Source: Pyrinomonadaceae bacterium
GTDB taxonomy: Bacteria; Acidobacteriota; Blastocatellia; Pyrinomonadales; Pyrinomonadaceae
Direction: 5' to 3'
Length of the DNA stretch: 64,000 bases
Assembly: GCA_965218105.1 (NCBI GenBank)
Contig: OZ244585.1
Location: forward strand, 2,960,597-3,024,596
Below, in pieces: positions 1 through 9,258 of the stretch. A program made the position numbers and the translations under genes. A model generated the notes under the pieces. It did not search any database. It saw only the letters and a program-made list of their open reading frames with translations, and was not told the origin of the DNA. Positions within the stretch are counted from its first letter, which is position 1. Each line of letters begins with the position of its first letter.

Positions 1-720
1 GTGGGCTTTTATCTTTTCGAGTTCATCTTTCCACATCTGCAAATTCGCGTCTTGCGGACGATAAATTTTATCGAATTTGAGCAAATCTCTTTCGCCCATA
101 AAGCGCGCGTATGAAAAATCAGTCGTCGGTTTTTTTATCGCTTCAAACATCATTTCGCGCGGAATCCAACTGCCTTCGACCAGACACAAAGCGACTTTAT
201 TTTTTTCCAATTCTTCAAATGTCCAGTCAATCAGCCATTGGCGCGCGCGAAATTCGACGGCGAAACGAATCTCTTTCGGCAGATTTTGCAAAAATTCGCG
301 CAGATTTTGCGCGTTTTCTTTGTTCGCTTCAAACTGCGGCGGAAGCTGAATCAAAACCGCGGCGAGTTTTTCTTTGAGCAGCAAAATTCTCTCGCAAAAT
401 TCTTCCAAAATCACAAAAGACTGTTTTCGCAAAGAAAGATTATGAGTAATTTCCTGCGGCAGTTTTAATGAAAACGTAAAATTTTCAGGCGTTTTTACAT
501 ACCAATTTTCAACGCTCGCGCCTTGCGGAATCGCGTAAAAAGTCGAATCAACTTCAATCGTGTCAAACATTTTCGCGTAAATTTCCAGCATTTCGCCGGA
601 CTTGGTGCCGCGCGGATAAAAAACGGCTGCGCCGTCCGCTTTGGTTATCCAATCGTCATAATTCCAACCCTGACAGCCGATTTGGGTTTTGGAATTTGGA
701 ATTTGAGATTTAGATTTCAT
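1..720 (-). CDS. DUF72 (UPF0759/YecE-like) family protein. The C-terminus runs off the window edge.
   Basis: My own minus-strand translation from the ATG at 720 gives MKSKSQIPNSKTQIGCQGWNYDDW...FYPRGTKSGEMLEIYAKMFDTIEVDSTFYAIP...LIQLPPQF, the typical DUF72 pattern. It is open to position 1 and absent from the ORF track because it has no stop in the window. Confidence 0.75.
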   Translation of the reverse strand, partial: MKSKSQIPNSKTQIGCQGWNYDDWITKADGAAVFYPRGTKSGEMLEIYAKMFDTIEVDSTFYAIPQGASVENWYVKTPENFTFSLKLPQEITHNLSLRKQSFVILEEFCERILLLKEKLAAVLIQLPPQFEANKENAQNLREFLQNLPKEIRFAVEFRARQWLIDWTFEELEKNKVALCLVEGSWIPREMMFEAIKKPTTDFSYARFMGERDLLKFDKIYRPQDANLQMWKDELEKIKAH

Positions 721-878
721 TGGTCGTCAATCTAAAATTAGAATGCCTTTAAATAGTTAAACAAACGAAAGCGACAACTGAGTTTCGCGGATGTTTTCGA
801 CAATCGCGCCGTCAAACTTAATGCGTACGTAAGGAATTGTGTCATATTTTCGTGATAAATAATTCGTGTAAAAGTTTT

Positions 879-1427
879 TTATTCAAACAGATCGTCAACC
901 GCCATTCGCCATTCGGGAACGGCTGGTTCGGCTTCGGCAAATTCACTGCGCCCGTAAATTTTCGGATTTTCGGGTTCGGCGGCGCGATACACTTTGACGA
1001 CATCTTCGCTCAACAAATCAACGTCCCAAACGACCAGCGTTCCCGCCGCGAAATAATCGGCGCGTTTTTGCGCCATCGCTCGTTCGGCGCGATTGCCGTA
1101 ATCGCCTTCGCTGCGAACTTCCACCGCAAAAACCGGCGCGCTGCTGAAAAATTTCATCCCGGCGCGTTCTCCCGTAAAAAAAGCCGCGTCGGGACTGAAC
1201 GATTTTCGGTTCGGCAAATTCACTTTGAACGCTTTGTTATCGCCGATGGCGCGACCTTTTCCCGTACGTTTCGCATATTCTCGTAAAGATACAAAAATTT
1301 CATCTCCGGCGTAACCGGGTTCGTCTCCTGTCGGCGGCATAAAAACTATTTCTCCATTGACAATTTCAGCTTTCGAATCAATTTTTTCCAAATCTTCGAT
1401 GGTCGCTTCGCGCACACTTATAATCAT
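879..1427 (-). CDS. Uma2 (DUF820) family PD-(D/E)xK endonuclease
   Basis: 182 aa with SPDAAFF ... FAVEVRSEGD core typical of Uma2. Confidence 0.8.
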   Translation of the reverse strand: MIISVREATIEDLEKIDSKAEIVNGEIVFMPPTGDEPGYAGDEIFVSLREYAKRTGKGRAIGDNKAFKVNLPNRKSFSPDAAFFTGERAGMKFFSSAPVFAVEVRSEGDYGNRAERAMAQKRADYFAAGTLVVWDVDLLSEDVVKVYRAAEPENPKIYGRSEFAEAEPAVPEWRMAVDDLFE

Positions 1428-1454
1428 TTTTATTACCTCACAGAAATCATTTTA

Positions 1455-3125
1455 TCATACTTTTTTGACCGGATTTCGCCGATACTTATGCGTCACCGGA
1501 CGACGGCGACCGATGCCGATGGCGTTTCGGGAAATTATCAGCGTCGGCGGAAGCTGTCGGCGTTTGAATTCGTTTGCCGGAGATTCGACTTTGTTCAATA
1601 AACTGTAAACTAATTCAGGATTATGTCCTTTGGAAATAATCTCTTGCGGCGAAAATTTGTCTTCAAAATAAAGTTTCAAAATCGGATCTATCAATTCATA
1701 CGGCGGCAGCGAATCCTGGTCAAATTGATTCGGCGCGAGTTCGGCGGACGGTGCTTTTTCGATGATTTCAACCGGAATTATTTCACGTTTCGCGCTTTCG
1801 TTGATGTGGCGCGACAGCGCGTAAACTTCGGTTTTCAGAACGTCGCCGATGACCGCCAAACCGCCGTTCGTGTCGCCGTAAAGCGTACAGTAACCGACGG
1901 CTAATTCCGATTTGTTGCCGGTTGCCAGCACCAATCTGCCTTCAGCGTTGGAAATCGTCATCAAAATCACGCCTCTGAGCCGCGACTGCATATTTTCCGC
2001 CGCCAAATTTTCTCCGCCGTGCGTCGGTTTGTGGAGATTTAATTGTTTGAGCAGAACTTCAAACGCGGCGGAAATCGGTTCGATGCGCGAATCGCAACCG
2101 AGATTTTTGATTAGTTTTTGCGAATGTTTGATACTTCCTTCCGACGAAAAAGGCGACGGCATCATCACTGATAAAACATTTTCCGCGCCGATGGCTTCGG
2201 ACGCGAGAGCGGCGACGATTGCCGAATCAATGCCGCCGGAAAGACCGAGAACGGCTTTGGTGAAACGATTTTTGCGCGCGTAATCTTTGATTCCCAAAAC
2301 CAACGCCTGCCGAATCGCTTCGAGTTCGCCGCCGGTAATTCCGCGCGAATCCGGCTTGCGAACGTCGAGTTCAACCGTTTCGACGAATTCTTCAAACGCC
2401 GCTGCCTGCAAAATTATGTCGCCTTCTTCGTCCGCGATTAAACTCGCGCCGTCGAAAATAATGCCGTCGTTGCCGCCGACTAAATTGACGAAAATGATCG
2501 GTTTTTTCTGCTGTCGGGCGCGATGCGCGACCATATCGCAGCGGAGTTTAATTTTGCCCTTGTTAAACGGCGAAGCGTTGATGGCGACGATCAAATCCGC
2601 GCCGCGCATAATCAGTTCGTCCGCCGGATCAACGTCGTAAAGTCTTTGTTTCCAGAAAGTTTTGTCGTTCCAAAAATCTTCGCAGACGACCACGCCAATC
2701 TTTTGCCCGTTTATCTCAAACATACTGCGCGTCGGCGACGGCTCAAAATATCGCGGATCGTCAAAAACGTCGTATTCGGGCAGCAGAGTTTTATCGGCAA
2801 AACCCAACGATTTGCCGTCGCTCATCACCGCCGCCGAATTAAAAAGCCGGCGCCCGTCGTTTTCTTCGTTGCGCCGAATCGTGCCGACGATGACGATAAT
2901 TCCTTTCGACGCGTCAACTATTTTTTGCAGATGCTCGTCCGCAGTTTCGATAATATCTTTGTCCAAAAACCAATCCTGCGAAGTGTAGCCGTGCGTGGCG
3001 ACTTCGGGAAAAACGATCAAATCCGAACCGTCGTTTTTGGCTTTTTCGATTGCCGACAAAATTTTGGCGACATTGCCTTCAAAGTCGCCGTTCGTCGTGT
3101 TGATTTGTCCGATGGTTACTTTCAT
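1455..3125 (-). CDS. nadE: Glutamine-dependent NAD+ synthetase
   Basis: 556 aa. N-terminal CN-hydrolase domain (FPEVATHGY, VVCEDFW) plus C-terminal PP-loop LGLSGGIDSA NAD synthase domain. Confidence 0.92.
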   Translation of the reverse strand: MKVTIGQINTTNGDFEGNVAKILSAIEKAKNDGSDLIVFPEVATHGYTSQDWFLDKDIIETADEHLQKIVDASKGIIVIVGTIRRNEENDGRRLFNSAAVMSDGKSLGFADKTLLPEYDVFDDPRYFEPSPTRSMFEINGQKIGVVVCEDFWNDKTFWKQRLYDVDPADELIMRGADLIVAINASPFNKGKIKLRCDMVAHRARQQKKPIIFVNLVGGNDGIIFDGASLIADEEGDIILQAAAFEEFVETVELDVRKPDSRGITGGELEAIRQALVLGIKDYARKNRFTKAVLGLSGGIDSAIVAALASEAIGAENVLSVMMPSPFSSEGSIKHSQKLIKNLGCDSRIEPISAAFEVLLKQLNLHKPTHGGENLAAENMQSRLRGVILMTISNAEGRLVLATGNKSELAVGYCTLYGDTNGGLAVIGDVLKTEVYALSRHINESAKREIIPVEIIEKAPSAELAPNQFDQDSLPPYELIDPILKLYFEDKFSPQEIISKGHNPELVYSLLNKVESPANEFKRRQLPPTLIISRNAIGIGRRRPVTHKYRRNPVKKV

Positions 3126-3692
3126 TTAATTTTCTTCGGCGGAGAGTTTTCTGACTAAATTTATCAAAGATTCAGTTGTTTTTGGTGACGCTCCTCGAAA
3201 TATACCGCGCACTTTTCCGTCTTTTATCACAAAAGATTGGGGAACACCATGGAATTTTGAAATGTTAATAAATCCACCTATGAACTTTCCATTTGCCCAA
3301 CCTGATTGAAATTCAACTTTGAAATCATTGACGAATTTCTTAAAGTTTTGCAATTCACTTTTATCATCATCGGGATCAACGGCAATTATTCGCACGTTTT
3401 TCAGGTTTTCGGAATGAAGTTTACCTAACTTTGAAGTTATTGTTTTTGCAGATACTACCCACTCCGTAACAAAACACAAAACAATTGTATCGCTGTTATA
3501 ATCAGCCAATTTTATTTTTTCATCGTCTGTCAGAACGATTTCAGAATTCAACAATTCTTCTGGAACGTCAGGATATTCCTTCAATAATATTTCGTCGGAC
3601 GTTTTAACGGAAGAATTTTCCACCGTTTGCGCGTGAAGATTTTGAAAAGAGAAGATAACCAAAATGATAAGGGATAAATAAATTGTTTTCAT
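3126..3692 (-). CDS. Secreted thioredoxin-fold (TlpA/redoxin-like) protein lacking the CXXC motif
   Basis: Signal peptide, then CFVTEWVVSAKT where redoxins carry WCxxC. Its stop directly abuts the nadE start. Confidence 0.55.
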   Translation of the reverse strand: MKTIYLSLIILVIFSFQNLHAQTVENSSVKTSDEILLKEYPDVPEELLNSEIVLTDDEKIKLADYNSDTIVLCFVTEWVVSAKTITSKLGKLHSENLKNVRIIAVDPDDDKSELQNFKKFVNDFKVEFQSGWANGKFIGGFINISKFHGVPQSFVIKDGKVRGIFRGASPKTTESLINLVRKLSAEEN

Positions 3693-4495
3693 ATACTTTC
3701 TATTTTATCTGATTTTTTGACCATTGTCAGGCGATTTCCGCGTTCGTTGTATTTTACTTCGTCCATTATGTTGTGAATTATCAGTACGCCGCGACCGGAA
3801 GTTTTGAAGAGATTTTCGGGATTGGTCGGGTCGGGAATTTCGGCGACGTTGAAGCCTTCGCCTTCGTCTTCGATGGTGAAACGCGCTTCGGTCGGCGAAA
3901 CTTCCGCCGCGATGCGGACGATTTTGCTCGCGTCAAATTTGTTGCCGTGTTTGACGGCGTTGACGAAGGCTTCGTCTAAAGCGATGAAAAGATTGGAGTT
4001 TTCCGCGTCAACGATGCCGTTTTTTTCGACGCGCTTCATTAAATAATCCAAAATGCTGTGCATCAGCGAAATCGCGCTCGGAAATTCAAATTCGATTTTT
4101 TCCCGAATATATTTGACGGAATTTGTTTTATCAACGAATTGCGCCTTGTAATTGAGAATGGTTTCAAAAAGATTTTTAAGCTCGGTTTCGTCGAAATTGT
4201 CGCGGCGAAAATTGATCGCGCAAATCTTAAAGGCTTTGACGAAACTGCGTTCAAAATCTCCGGCATCTTCGGTTGGCAAACAACTATCGGCGACGCTGTC
4301 GTTTTTTTCTTCGGGAAACGCTTTGTCGCCGTCGAGGTCGGTGATAATCAAATCAAACTCATCGGATTTGTCGAGTTCGACGGCTTCCCGGCGGCTTTCC
4401 GTAGATTTTACAAAATAACCGGTGCGGCTGAAAACCTTTGTTAAAACAGTTTTCAGGTCGTCGTGGTCATCAACAATTAAAATTTTTTTCTGCAT
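3689..4495 (-). CDS. Response-regulator receiver fused to an RsbW/SpoIIAB-like HATPase (anti-sigma Ser/Thr kinase-like) domain
   Basis: N-terminus KKILIVDDHDDL...DLIITDLDG (REC). C-terminus NAVKHGN...IEDEGEGF...GRGVLIIHNIMDEV (GHKL ATPase). Confidence 0.75.
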   Translation of the reverse strand: MQKKILIVDDHDDLKTVLTKVFSRTGYFVKSTESRREAVELDKSDEFDLIITDLDGDKAFPEEKNDSVADSCLPTEDAGDFERSFVKAFKICAINFRRDNFDETELKNLFETILNYKAQFVDKTNSVKYIREKIEFEFPSAISLMHSILDYLMKRVEKNGIVDAENSNLFIALDEAFVNAVKHGNKFDASKIVRIAAEVSPTEARFTIEDEGEGFNVAEIPDPTNPENLFKTSGRGVLIIHNIMDEVKYNERGNRLTMVKKSDKIESI

Positions 4496-4820
4496 CTTCG
4501 CGCTTCGGTTTTCAAAATCGCCGGTTTTGTTTTAACCTTTGTAAAATCTACGTCAGAATAGTGTATTTTGTTGCAAATAATCAATCGTCCGCAAGAATTT
4601 CAGCAAAGTTTATTTGTCGGATTAATAAAATTCCAGCATTGAAAATAAAAACTGACCTTTGATTAATTTCGTTGGTCAAATTCTAAACTGCTTGTCCGCT
4701 ATCTTCAAATTATAAACGGTGAATCATTTTATATTTCTTTTTATCTTCGCGTCCAAAATTTACTTTTCGCGCAACACTAATTATACTTCACTAGACAATC
4801 CAAAGATTTGGAGTAAATGA

Positions 4821-5423
4821 ATGAAATTGAGTTTTTATAATAAAATTATTACCGCCGTTTTGTTGATTTCGGCATTTCTGAGTTTCGCGTGTCAGAAACA
4901 ACCGGCGGAAAAAAGCGCGACACCGCCGACGGAAACCGTCAAAACGAGTTCGCCGACCGAAGCCTACAAAATGCTTTATGCCGCCGTCAAAGCGAAAGAT
5001 AAAGATAAAATCAGACAATTAGTGTCGAAGAGTTCGATGGGTTTGGCGCAAATGTCCGCCGCGCAGCAAAAGATAGATGTTGATAAATTTCTGGAAAACG
5101 GTTTTACCGCCACGAATTTTTCGCCGACTTTGCCGGAAATTCGTGATGAGCGAATAAAAGATAATTTCGGCGCGGTGGAAGTTTATAATTCAAAAGAAAA
5201 TCGCTGGGAAGATTTGCCGTTCGTGTATGAAGACGGCAGTTGGAAACTTGCCGTCGGCGACTTATTTCAAGACACATATAAATCGCCGGGCAAAGGAGAA
5301 GCGGAAAAGGAGCGTGATGCTTCGGGAAATAACAATATGATGATGATGCCGCCGCCGAATTCTAATTCCGCTAACATCAACAAAATGAATCAAATACCGC
5401 CGGTCAACAAAGCGAAAAAATGA
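4821..5423 (+). CDS. Hypothetical lipoprotein
   Basis: Signal peptide with lipobox LSFAC. 200 aa. 4-nt overlap with the next ORF. Confidence 0.6.
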   Translation: MKLSFYNKIITAVLLISAFLSFACQKQPAEKSATPPTETVKTSSPTEAYKMLYAAVKAKDKDKIRQLVSKSSMGLAQMSAAQQKIDVDKFLENGFTATNFSPTLPEIRDERIKDNFGAVEVYNSKENRWEDLPFVYEDGSWKLAVGDLFQDTYKSPGKGEAEKERDASGNNNMMMMPPPNSNSANINKMNQIPPVNKAKK

Positions 5424-5740
5424 TTGATTCAGAACAGATTCAAGAAATCTTGAAACAATATCAAAGACACGGCTGGAATTTAAGCCGTGTTTTGCTTTCT
5501 GTACCGACCAAAGATGTGTTGTCGGGTTCGCTTAAAAGTCTCTTCGGCGATGCGGAAATAATTACAGCGGAAATAGACGCGGCGTGGTTTTTTCGCGCTT
5601 CCGGCAAAGGCGGCGAGGCTTGGGAATTGCGGCGTTTGAGCGAAACGCCGTTCGCGCTTTTTGAAGTTTTTGATGAGGACGACGACGAAGAACTTAGGGA
5701 AGAAACTCGGCAAGAAATGCAAACGCGGATGAACAAATGA
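5420..5740 (+). CDS. Hypothetical protein with acidic C-terminus
   Basis: 106-aa ORF coupled to the upstream gene by an ATGA overlap. No recognised motif. Confidence 0.5.
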   Translation: MIDSEQIQEILKQYQRHGWNLSRVLLSVPTKDVLSGSLKSLFGDAEIITAEIDAAWFFRASGKGGEAWELRRLSETPFALFEVFDEDDDEELREETRQEMQTRMNK

Positions 5741-5827
5741 GCATCGAAGCAGACTAAATCGGAAATTTGCCGTTAATTTCGATTTACAGAGTTTCGCATT
5801 TGCCGCAAACTGATTTTTTATAAAAGG

Positions 5828-6445
5828 ATGACGATTAAAGATTTAGGCGCGCGAGTCAACAGTGTTTGGGAAGACTTGCGCCCGATGACCAAAAAAATGC
5901 TGGTTGGCGTGTGGCAGGCAAGTCGCGGAACGCAGATGCCCGCGCCGACTCAAAAATTTTCTTACGACGCTCACGCCGATTGGGAACTCAGCCGCCTGCT
6001 GTCAGCGTTGGATGAGCAGACAAAGGACGCAGATGTAAAGAAAAGCGCGGAAAAATTGAGCGAAATAAAGCAATTATCGGAAACCTGTTCGGCGGTTTTG
6101 CAGGCTCAAACCGAATCAGCCGAAGTCTTTATCCAGCTCGCCGAACGAATGCTGTCGCTCAATGATTTCAACAAATTTGACGCTTTAGCCGATGTTTTGG
6201 TCAAGCGATTTCCAGCCGCTGAAATTGCGGAAATTATCAGACAAACCGATTTGGCGCAAATTCGCGCCGTCGCTTTTGAAACTTTGGCAATTACGCCCGT
6301 TTCAAAAATTCTGCCGCTGCTCGACGATCCGATTTATCACGAAATCGCGCACATTGTTCTCGAACAGCAAGCCTTTGAATTTGAAAATCAGGACGCGCAG
6401 ATGATTTTGGATCAGTTGGATTTGGACGAGTTGGACGATTTCTAA
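5828..6445 (+). CDS. Hypothetical helical protein
   Basis: 205-aa ORF with coding-like composition. No recognised motif. Confidence 0.5.
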   Translation: MTIKDLGARVNSVWEDLRPMTKKMLVGVWQASRGTQMPAPTQKFSYDAHADWELSRLLSALDEQTKDADVKKSAEKLSEIKQLSETCSAVLQAQTESAEVFIQLAERMLSLNDFNKFDALADVLVKRFPAAEIAEIIRQTDLAQIRAVAFETLAITPVSKILPLLDDPIYHEIAHIVLEQQAFEFENQDAQMILDQLDLDELDDF

Positions 6446-6447
6446 TC

Positions 6448-6553
6448 GTCGGAACCGTCTGCGGTAGCGGACGGTTTAACTTTGCGCCCTTGAGTGCTTG
6501 CCGTAATGTCAAATGTTAATCTTCAACCGTCCGCTACCGCAGACGGTTCCGAC
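6448..6553. repeat. MITE/REP-like palindromic element, family 1, copy 1
   Basis: About 29-bp terminal inverted repeats, gtcggaaccgtctgcggtagcggacggtt ... aaccgtccgctaccgcagacggttccgac. Second copy at 19591-19699 in inverted orientation. Confidence 0.8.
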
Positions 6554-6561
6554 ATTTCTTT

Positions 6562-7020
6562 ATGAAAGAAGTTACAATCGTTTGCGACGGTTCGAGTCTC
6601 GGAAACGGCAAAGGCGTGATGCGGGCGGCGGCGGTTGCCGTGCTTGGTTATCGCGGTTATTGGCGCGCTTTCGGTGAATATCTCGGCAGCGCGACAAATC
6701 AGCAGGCGGAAATCGCGGCGGCGTGGATCGGGCTGAAAAGTTTGAGCGAACCGTGCAAAGTCAGACTTTTAAGCGATTCGCGTTACGTCGTGCAGACGAT
6801 GACGGGAAATTTTCGCAAAAAAGCTAATCTCGACTGGTGGGAAAAGTTGGAAAAGTCCGCTCAAAGGCATCAAATAAAATGGGAATGGGTCAAAGGACAC
6901 GCCGGACACGAAGTTCAGGAAGTCGCCGATAAAATGGCGCGGACAATGGCGGAACTCGGACGAGTTGACGCGGTGATTTTAGACGAAGCAGTCGCAGAAA
7001 TCGGAGTTGTAGAAATCTGA
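6562..7020 (+). CDS. rnhA: Ribonuclease HI
   Basis: 152 aa. CDGSSLGNG, QQAEIAA, LLSDSRYV, VKGHAGHEVQEVADKMA. Confidence 0.9.
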   Translation: MKEVTIVCDGSSLGNGKGVMRAAAVAVLGYRGYWRAFGEYLGSATNQQAEIAAAWIGLKSLSEPCKVRLLSDSRYVVQTMTGNFRKKANLDWWEKLEKSAQRHQIKWEWVKGHAGHEVQEVADKMARTMAELGRVDAVILDEAVAEIGVVEI

Positions 7021-7091
7021 AAACGGAAGACGGAAAACAAAAGACGGAAAATGGAAAACGGAAAAAATATTTTTCGTTTTTTCGTTTTCCC

Positions 7092-9071
7092 GTGTCTTTT
7101 TTTGTCGCGCTGGTAGTTTTTACGGCACTCTGGACTTCGGACTTCGGACTTCGGACTCAAAAAGTTTTCGCGCAGAAAAGAAATTCTCTCGGCTGGGTTT
7201 GGCAAAATCCGCTGCCGCAGGGCAATCCGTTGTATGCGGTTCATTTTGCAAAAGACAAAGAAACAGGTTTTGCCGTCGGCGCGGACAGCACGATTTTGGC
7301 TACGACGGACGGCGGTTTTAATTGGCAAAAACAGATTTCGCCGGTTGATTCCGTATTTTCGGGCGTTTTTGTCAAAGACAATCGAAACGCGATAGTTGTC
7401 GGCGCGCGCGGCACGATTATTTCAACTATCAACGGCGGCAAAGACTGGAAGCAGGTCGAAATTCCGACTAAAGATCATCTTTACAGCGTTACTTTTGCGG
7501 GCGATGAGCTAAATACGGGTTGGGCGGTCGGAACTTACGGTCAAATATTAAAAACAACGGACGGTGGTTCAACGTGGAAATCGCAAGCGAGCGGAACGAG
7601 TGAACAATTATTAAAAGTTTCCGCTTTCGACGCGGAACGAAGCGTCATCGTCGGAACCAACGGAACGGTTTTGACCACCGGAAACGGCAGAAAAACGTGG
7701 AAGGAAAATAAACCGTGCGGAAATGTTTTAATGGCGAGCGCGGCATATCTTTCTGCGGAAAAAATCCTCGTCGCCGGTTACGGCGGCTGTGTTGCCGAAA
7801 GCGCGGACGGCGGCGAAACTTTTCGCAAAATAAATATTTTCAGCCGCGCCGATTTTCTTTCGCTGAGTTTCTCCGACGAAAAAAACGGTTCGATGACCGA
7901 TGCGGGCGGAATGATCTGGCTGACGGGCGACGGCGGAAATACCTGGCTGCCGTTTAATGTGCGGACAAATCCGCGCCTTGTTTCGATGTATTTTGCCGAC
8001 CAATATACCGGTTGGGCGGTCGGCGAAAACGGTTTGATAATCCGCACCGACGACGGCGGCTACAGTTGGCAGCGTCTTTCCGACGGCGGGCGTGAAGATG
8101 TCAACGACCTCGCTTTTTTTGATGAAAGCATCGGCATCGCAGTCGCTTCGCGCGGCAAAACCTGGATTACCAACGACGGCGGCAGAGATTGGATTCCTGT
8201 CTATTCGGGCGTTGAAGAAAACTTGAACGCGCTGGATTTTACCGATTCGGAACACGGAATCGTCGTCGGCGACAAAGGGACGATTCTGCGGACAATCAAC
8301 GGCGGCGCGAGTTGGGGAAAAGGTTTCTCCAACGTCAAAGAAGACCTTCTCGGAACATTTTTTCTCAACGAAAGAAACGGTTTTGCCGTCGGCGCGACCG
8401 GCATAATTCTGCGTACGGATTCGGGCGGCATTTATTGGGGACAAGTTGAATCAGGCACGAAAGCCTGGTTGGAAGATATAAAATTCGTCAATGAAAAAAT
8501 CGGCGTGACAGTCGGCGATAAAGGGACGATTTTGCGGACGGAAGACGGCGGCGCGACTTGGAAAAGCATCACTACGAATCTGAAGGAAAATCTTTACAAA
8601 TTAGATTTTTACGATGAAAAAACCGGTTACGCCGTCGGTGCGGGCGGCACGATTTTGCGGACGGAAGACGGCGGCGAAACGTGGCAGGATCAGGAATCGG
8701 CTTTAAAGATAAATCTTTATGCGATAACGGTTTACAAACGCGACGAAGCGATTGTCGTCGGCGAAAAAGGCGCGGTTTTGCTGACTGCGGATGGCGGCAA
8801 AACCTGGGAAACTCAGCCGAATATCACAAGTAATTCATTGCAGGCAGTCGTTTATCGCGGCGGCACAAATTTGTGGGTTGCCGGACGCGGCGGCGCGATT
8901 CTCAAGCGTTCCGAAACTTTTTCGACCATTAGAACTTCGTCCCCGCTGAAACTTCCGCCGATTTTACGACCCGGCGCGTCCAGAAATAAGTCGAAATCGC
9001 GCACTCCGTTATTGACGATAACCGATGACGGCGACATTTTACCCGCCGTGCCGCCGAAAAAAGATAATTAA
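7092..9071 (+). CDS. BNR/Ycf48-like beta-propeller repeat protein, secreted
   Basis: 659 aa with more than 12 iterations of T(T/I)DGG.(T/N)W motifs. Non-ATG start implied by the track. Confidence 0.8.
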   Translation: MSFFVALVVFTALWTSDFGLRTQKVFAQKRNSLGWVWQNPLPQGNPLYAVHFAKDKETGFAVGADSTILATTDGGFNWQKQISPVDSVFSGVFVKDNRNAIVVGARGTIISTINGGKDWKQVEIPTKDHLYSVTFAGDELNTGWAVGTYGQILKTTDGGSTWKSQASGTSEQLLKVSAFDAERSVIVGTNGTVLTTGNGRKTWKENKPCGNVLMASAAYLSAEKILVAGYGGCVAESADGGETFRKINIFSRADFLSLSFSDEKNGSMTDAGGMIWLTGDGGNTWLPFNVRTNPRLVSMYFADQYTGWAVGENGLIIRTDDGGYSWQRLSDGGREDVNDLAFFDESIGIAVASRGKTWITNDGGRDWIPVYSGVEENLNALDFTDSEHGIVVGDKGTILRTINGGASWGKGFSNVKEDLLGTFFLNERNGFAVGATGIILRTDSGGIYWGQVESGTKAWLEDIKFVNEKIGVTVGDKGTILRTEDGGATWKSITTNLKENLYKLDFYDEKTGYAVGAGGTILRTEDGGETWQDQESALKINLYAITVYKRDEAIVVGEKGAVLLTADGGKTWETQPNITSNSLQAVVYRGGTNLWVAGRGGAILKRSETFSTIRTSSPLKLPPILRPGASRNKSKSRTPLLTITDDGDILPAVPPKKDN

Positions 9072-9223
9072 GAAGCTGTGTTCAAACTCGTTTTTAGTGG
9101 ATTTGTAACCACCAATCTACACTAAAAAACACCAAATAAAACAAAGAAGACAAATTTCGTGTTTAGTAGTGTGCTTTAGTGGTTAAATTTCTTCTCATTG
9201 TCGAGTTTTCAAACAGCTTCTAA
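9069..9223. repeat. MITE-like element, family 3, copy 1 (about 155 bp)
   Basis: Terminal inverted repeats agaagctgtgttcaaactcg ... cgagttttcaaacagcttct. The whole element recurs inverted at 35844-35997. Confidence 0.8.
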
Positions 9224-9258
9224 GTGATAAGTGAAAGGTAATTTGATAAAATAGAATT

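Noticed and set aside
77-735. Several plus-strand ORFs (77-349, 111-377, 238-468, 523-735) at the left edge
   Set aside because: Their translations are low-complexity and Arg/Ser/Phe-rich. The opposite strand encodes a continuous, motif-bearing DUF72 protein that the track missed because it runs off the window.
837-1286. 149-aa plus-strand ORF
   Set aside because: It is antisense to the well-supported Uma2 gene, and the composition is typical of a shadow frame.
2523-3158. 211-aa plus-strand ORF, and other ORFs within 1623-2988
   Set aside because: They are all antisense shadows of nadE, which has clear CN-hydrolase and PP-loop motifs.
7728-8444. 238-aa minus-strand ORF
   Set aside because: It is antisense to the BNR-repeat gene. 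It is Arg/Ala-rich with no motifs.
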